Assembly: GCF_003334335.1 (NCBI RefSeq)
Contig: NZ_QOWQ01000047.1
Length of the DNA stretch: 31,056 nucleotides
Reading direction: 5' to 3' (one strand)
DNA from: Escherichia coli
GTDB taxonomy: Bacteria > Pseudomonadota > Gammaproteobacteria > Enterobacterales > Enterobacteriaceae
Made by a program: the position numbers and the translations under genes. Positions 29,877 through 31,056 of the stretch are shown in pieces. The notes beneath the pieces are model-generated. The model did not search any database. It worked only from the letters and a program-made list of their open reading frames with translations, and was not told where the DNA came from. Within the stretch, counting starts at the first letter, position 1. Each line of letters opens with the position of its first letter.

Positions 29877-30968
29877 TCAGGCTTTCACATCACTCACTGC
29901 ACCGACCGGAATATCAGCATGAACAGGCTCGGGCGGTACTTTGCGATATTTATCCAGCAGATGGATCTGGATCCTGCGCAGCGTGTCACCATTGAGGCGA
30001 TAGAAACGGAAGTAGAGAATCAGCGTTACCATGAAAAACAGAGTTGGTAGAGCAATCATAATAAACTGCATACCTAATAGGGCTTGCGTAGACTGTTCAA
30101 CATTCGGTACATAGCCAATCATCCCTAACACAACCGCAATGAAAAAAGCCGCAAAGGCTGAACCGCCCTTCACCACCATAGTCTGCACGGAGTAAGCGAT
30201 ACTTTCACAGCGTACGTGCAGTTTATATTCACCGTAATCAACGATATCTGCCACCATGATGACCTGTAATACCCAGAAAAGCGCCGTTCCCACATTCAGC
30301 AAAATACCCGCAATCACAATGAGGACGACGTTGTGATAGCTCATTAATGCCATTAACAGGAGAACACCACAGCTTAACACCGGAAGAATAGATGCTCCGG
30401 CCCATAAAATGCGTCGGGATAATGATTTAACTAAGCGTGGGAAGAATACTAACGTCACCAGGTTAGCAGCTCCCGCATACGACAGATAATAGGGGAACAA
30501 ATCCGCATCACCGATAACATATGAGAAATAATAGATAGCAAAGCCGGTAATAATGTTGCTGGCTACATTATAAGCAAGAGCCATACCCAAGAGGCATGAA
30601 AGCTGATCGTTTTTATAAATTAGCGCAACGATGGCTTTAAGTGTCAGATGGCTTCCTTCAGCAGACGGTTGATTGTCTGACGAAAAGACTTCATGCACAT
30701 TGCGCAGAGTGATGATGGTTGAAACAATAAAAAAGGCGATCAGTACCAGAGTGAACATCTGAAAGCCAAATCCCCGATCGCCACCGCCGACATAATTAAC
30801 AAATGGTAGCGTCACACCTGCCGTAACAAAGCCTGCCAGACTGGCAAAAAAACGCGGATAAGGAACCAGTTGTTCGCGCTCACGTTTATCGAGCGTGATG
30901 GTTGGAACCAGCGACCAGAAGGGAATATCCATAATGGTGTAAGTCATGCCCCAGAGGATGTAGGTCAC
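29877..30968 (-). CDS. melB: MelB, melibiose:cation symporter, 3' ~360 codons only; the 5' part is not recoverable in this window
   Basis: The track translation matches MelB from ...[18 protein letters not shown]... to the C-terminus ...VSDVKA. Upstream of about 30970 the frame hits a stop and does not encode the expected MelB N-terminus. Confidence 0.8.
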   Translation of the reverse strand: MTYILWGMTYTIMDIPFWSLVPTITLDKREREQLVPYPRFFASLAGFVTAGVTLPFVNYVGGGDRGFGFQMFTLVLIAFFIVSTIITLRNVHEVFSSDNQPSAEGSHLTLKAIVALIYKNDQLSCLLGMALAYNVASNIITGFAIYYFSYVIGDADLFPYYLSYAGAANLVTLVFFPRLVKSLSRRILWAGASILPVLSCGVLLLMALMSYHNVVLIVIAGILLNVGTALFWVLQVIMVADIVDYGEYKLHVRCESIAYSVQTMVVKGGSAFAAFFIAVVLGMIGYVPNVEQSTQALLGMQFIMIALPTLFFMVTLILYFRFYRLNGDTLRRIQIHLLDKYRKVPPEPVHADIPVGAVSDVKA

Positions 30969-31056
30969 GCAAACAAAGAGAGCCTGTACATAGATTTGTG
31001 TAATTGCCTGATTTTGATATGTTCAATCCAGCATCAAATGAAGGTTAATTTATGGA

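Overview
The window reads as an Escherichia coli-type chromosome segment in reverse orientation relative to K-12. The right ~19 kb (12.1-31 kb) is the conserved core block cadC-cadBA-dtpC-lysU / ghoST-yjdJI / dcuSR-dcuB-fumB-yjdF / melB (partial), recognised from the translated ORFs. The left ~12 kb (1-12115) is a horizontally acquired, CP4-like integrative island inserted in the 3' end of tRNA-Phe (pheU): only the last 22 nt of the tRNA plus its terminator remain at 12094-12155, immediately before the native cadC upstream region. The island has the conserved distal backbone (YeeP-like GTPase, DUF905, DUF932, KlcA-type antirestriction, RadC-like JAB, DUF987, CbeA/CbtA toxin-antitoxin, YeeW-like, DUF4942-like) and a proximal YfjJ/YagK-like gene. 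Between these lies a variable cargo slot (about 2.0-5.7 kb) holding a 176-aa ORF, a 1.16-kb AT-rich non-coding stretch with exact 13-mer direct repeats, and a strongly AT-rich 407-aa orphan gene with an N-terminal Cys/His cluster. That cargo slot is my best candidate for an undescribed system (possibly phage defence), but the function is inference only. All family assignments are from reading the translations by eye and memory; no database search was run. One caveat on coordinates: by my count the displayed sequence has 31057 characters, and near 30960 it carries one base more than the ORF track implies, so positions above about 30960 may be off by one.
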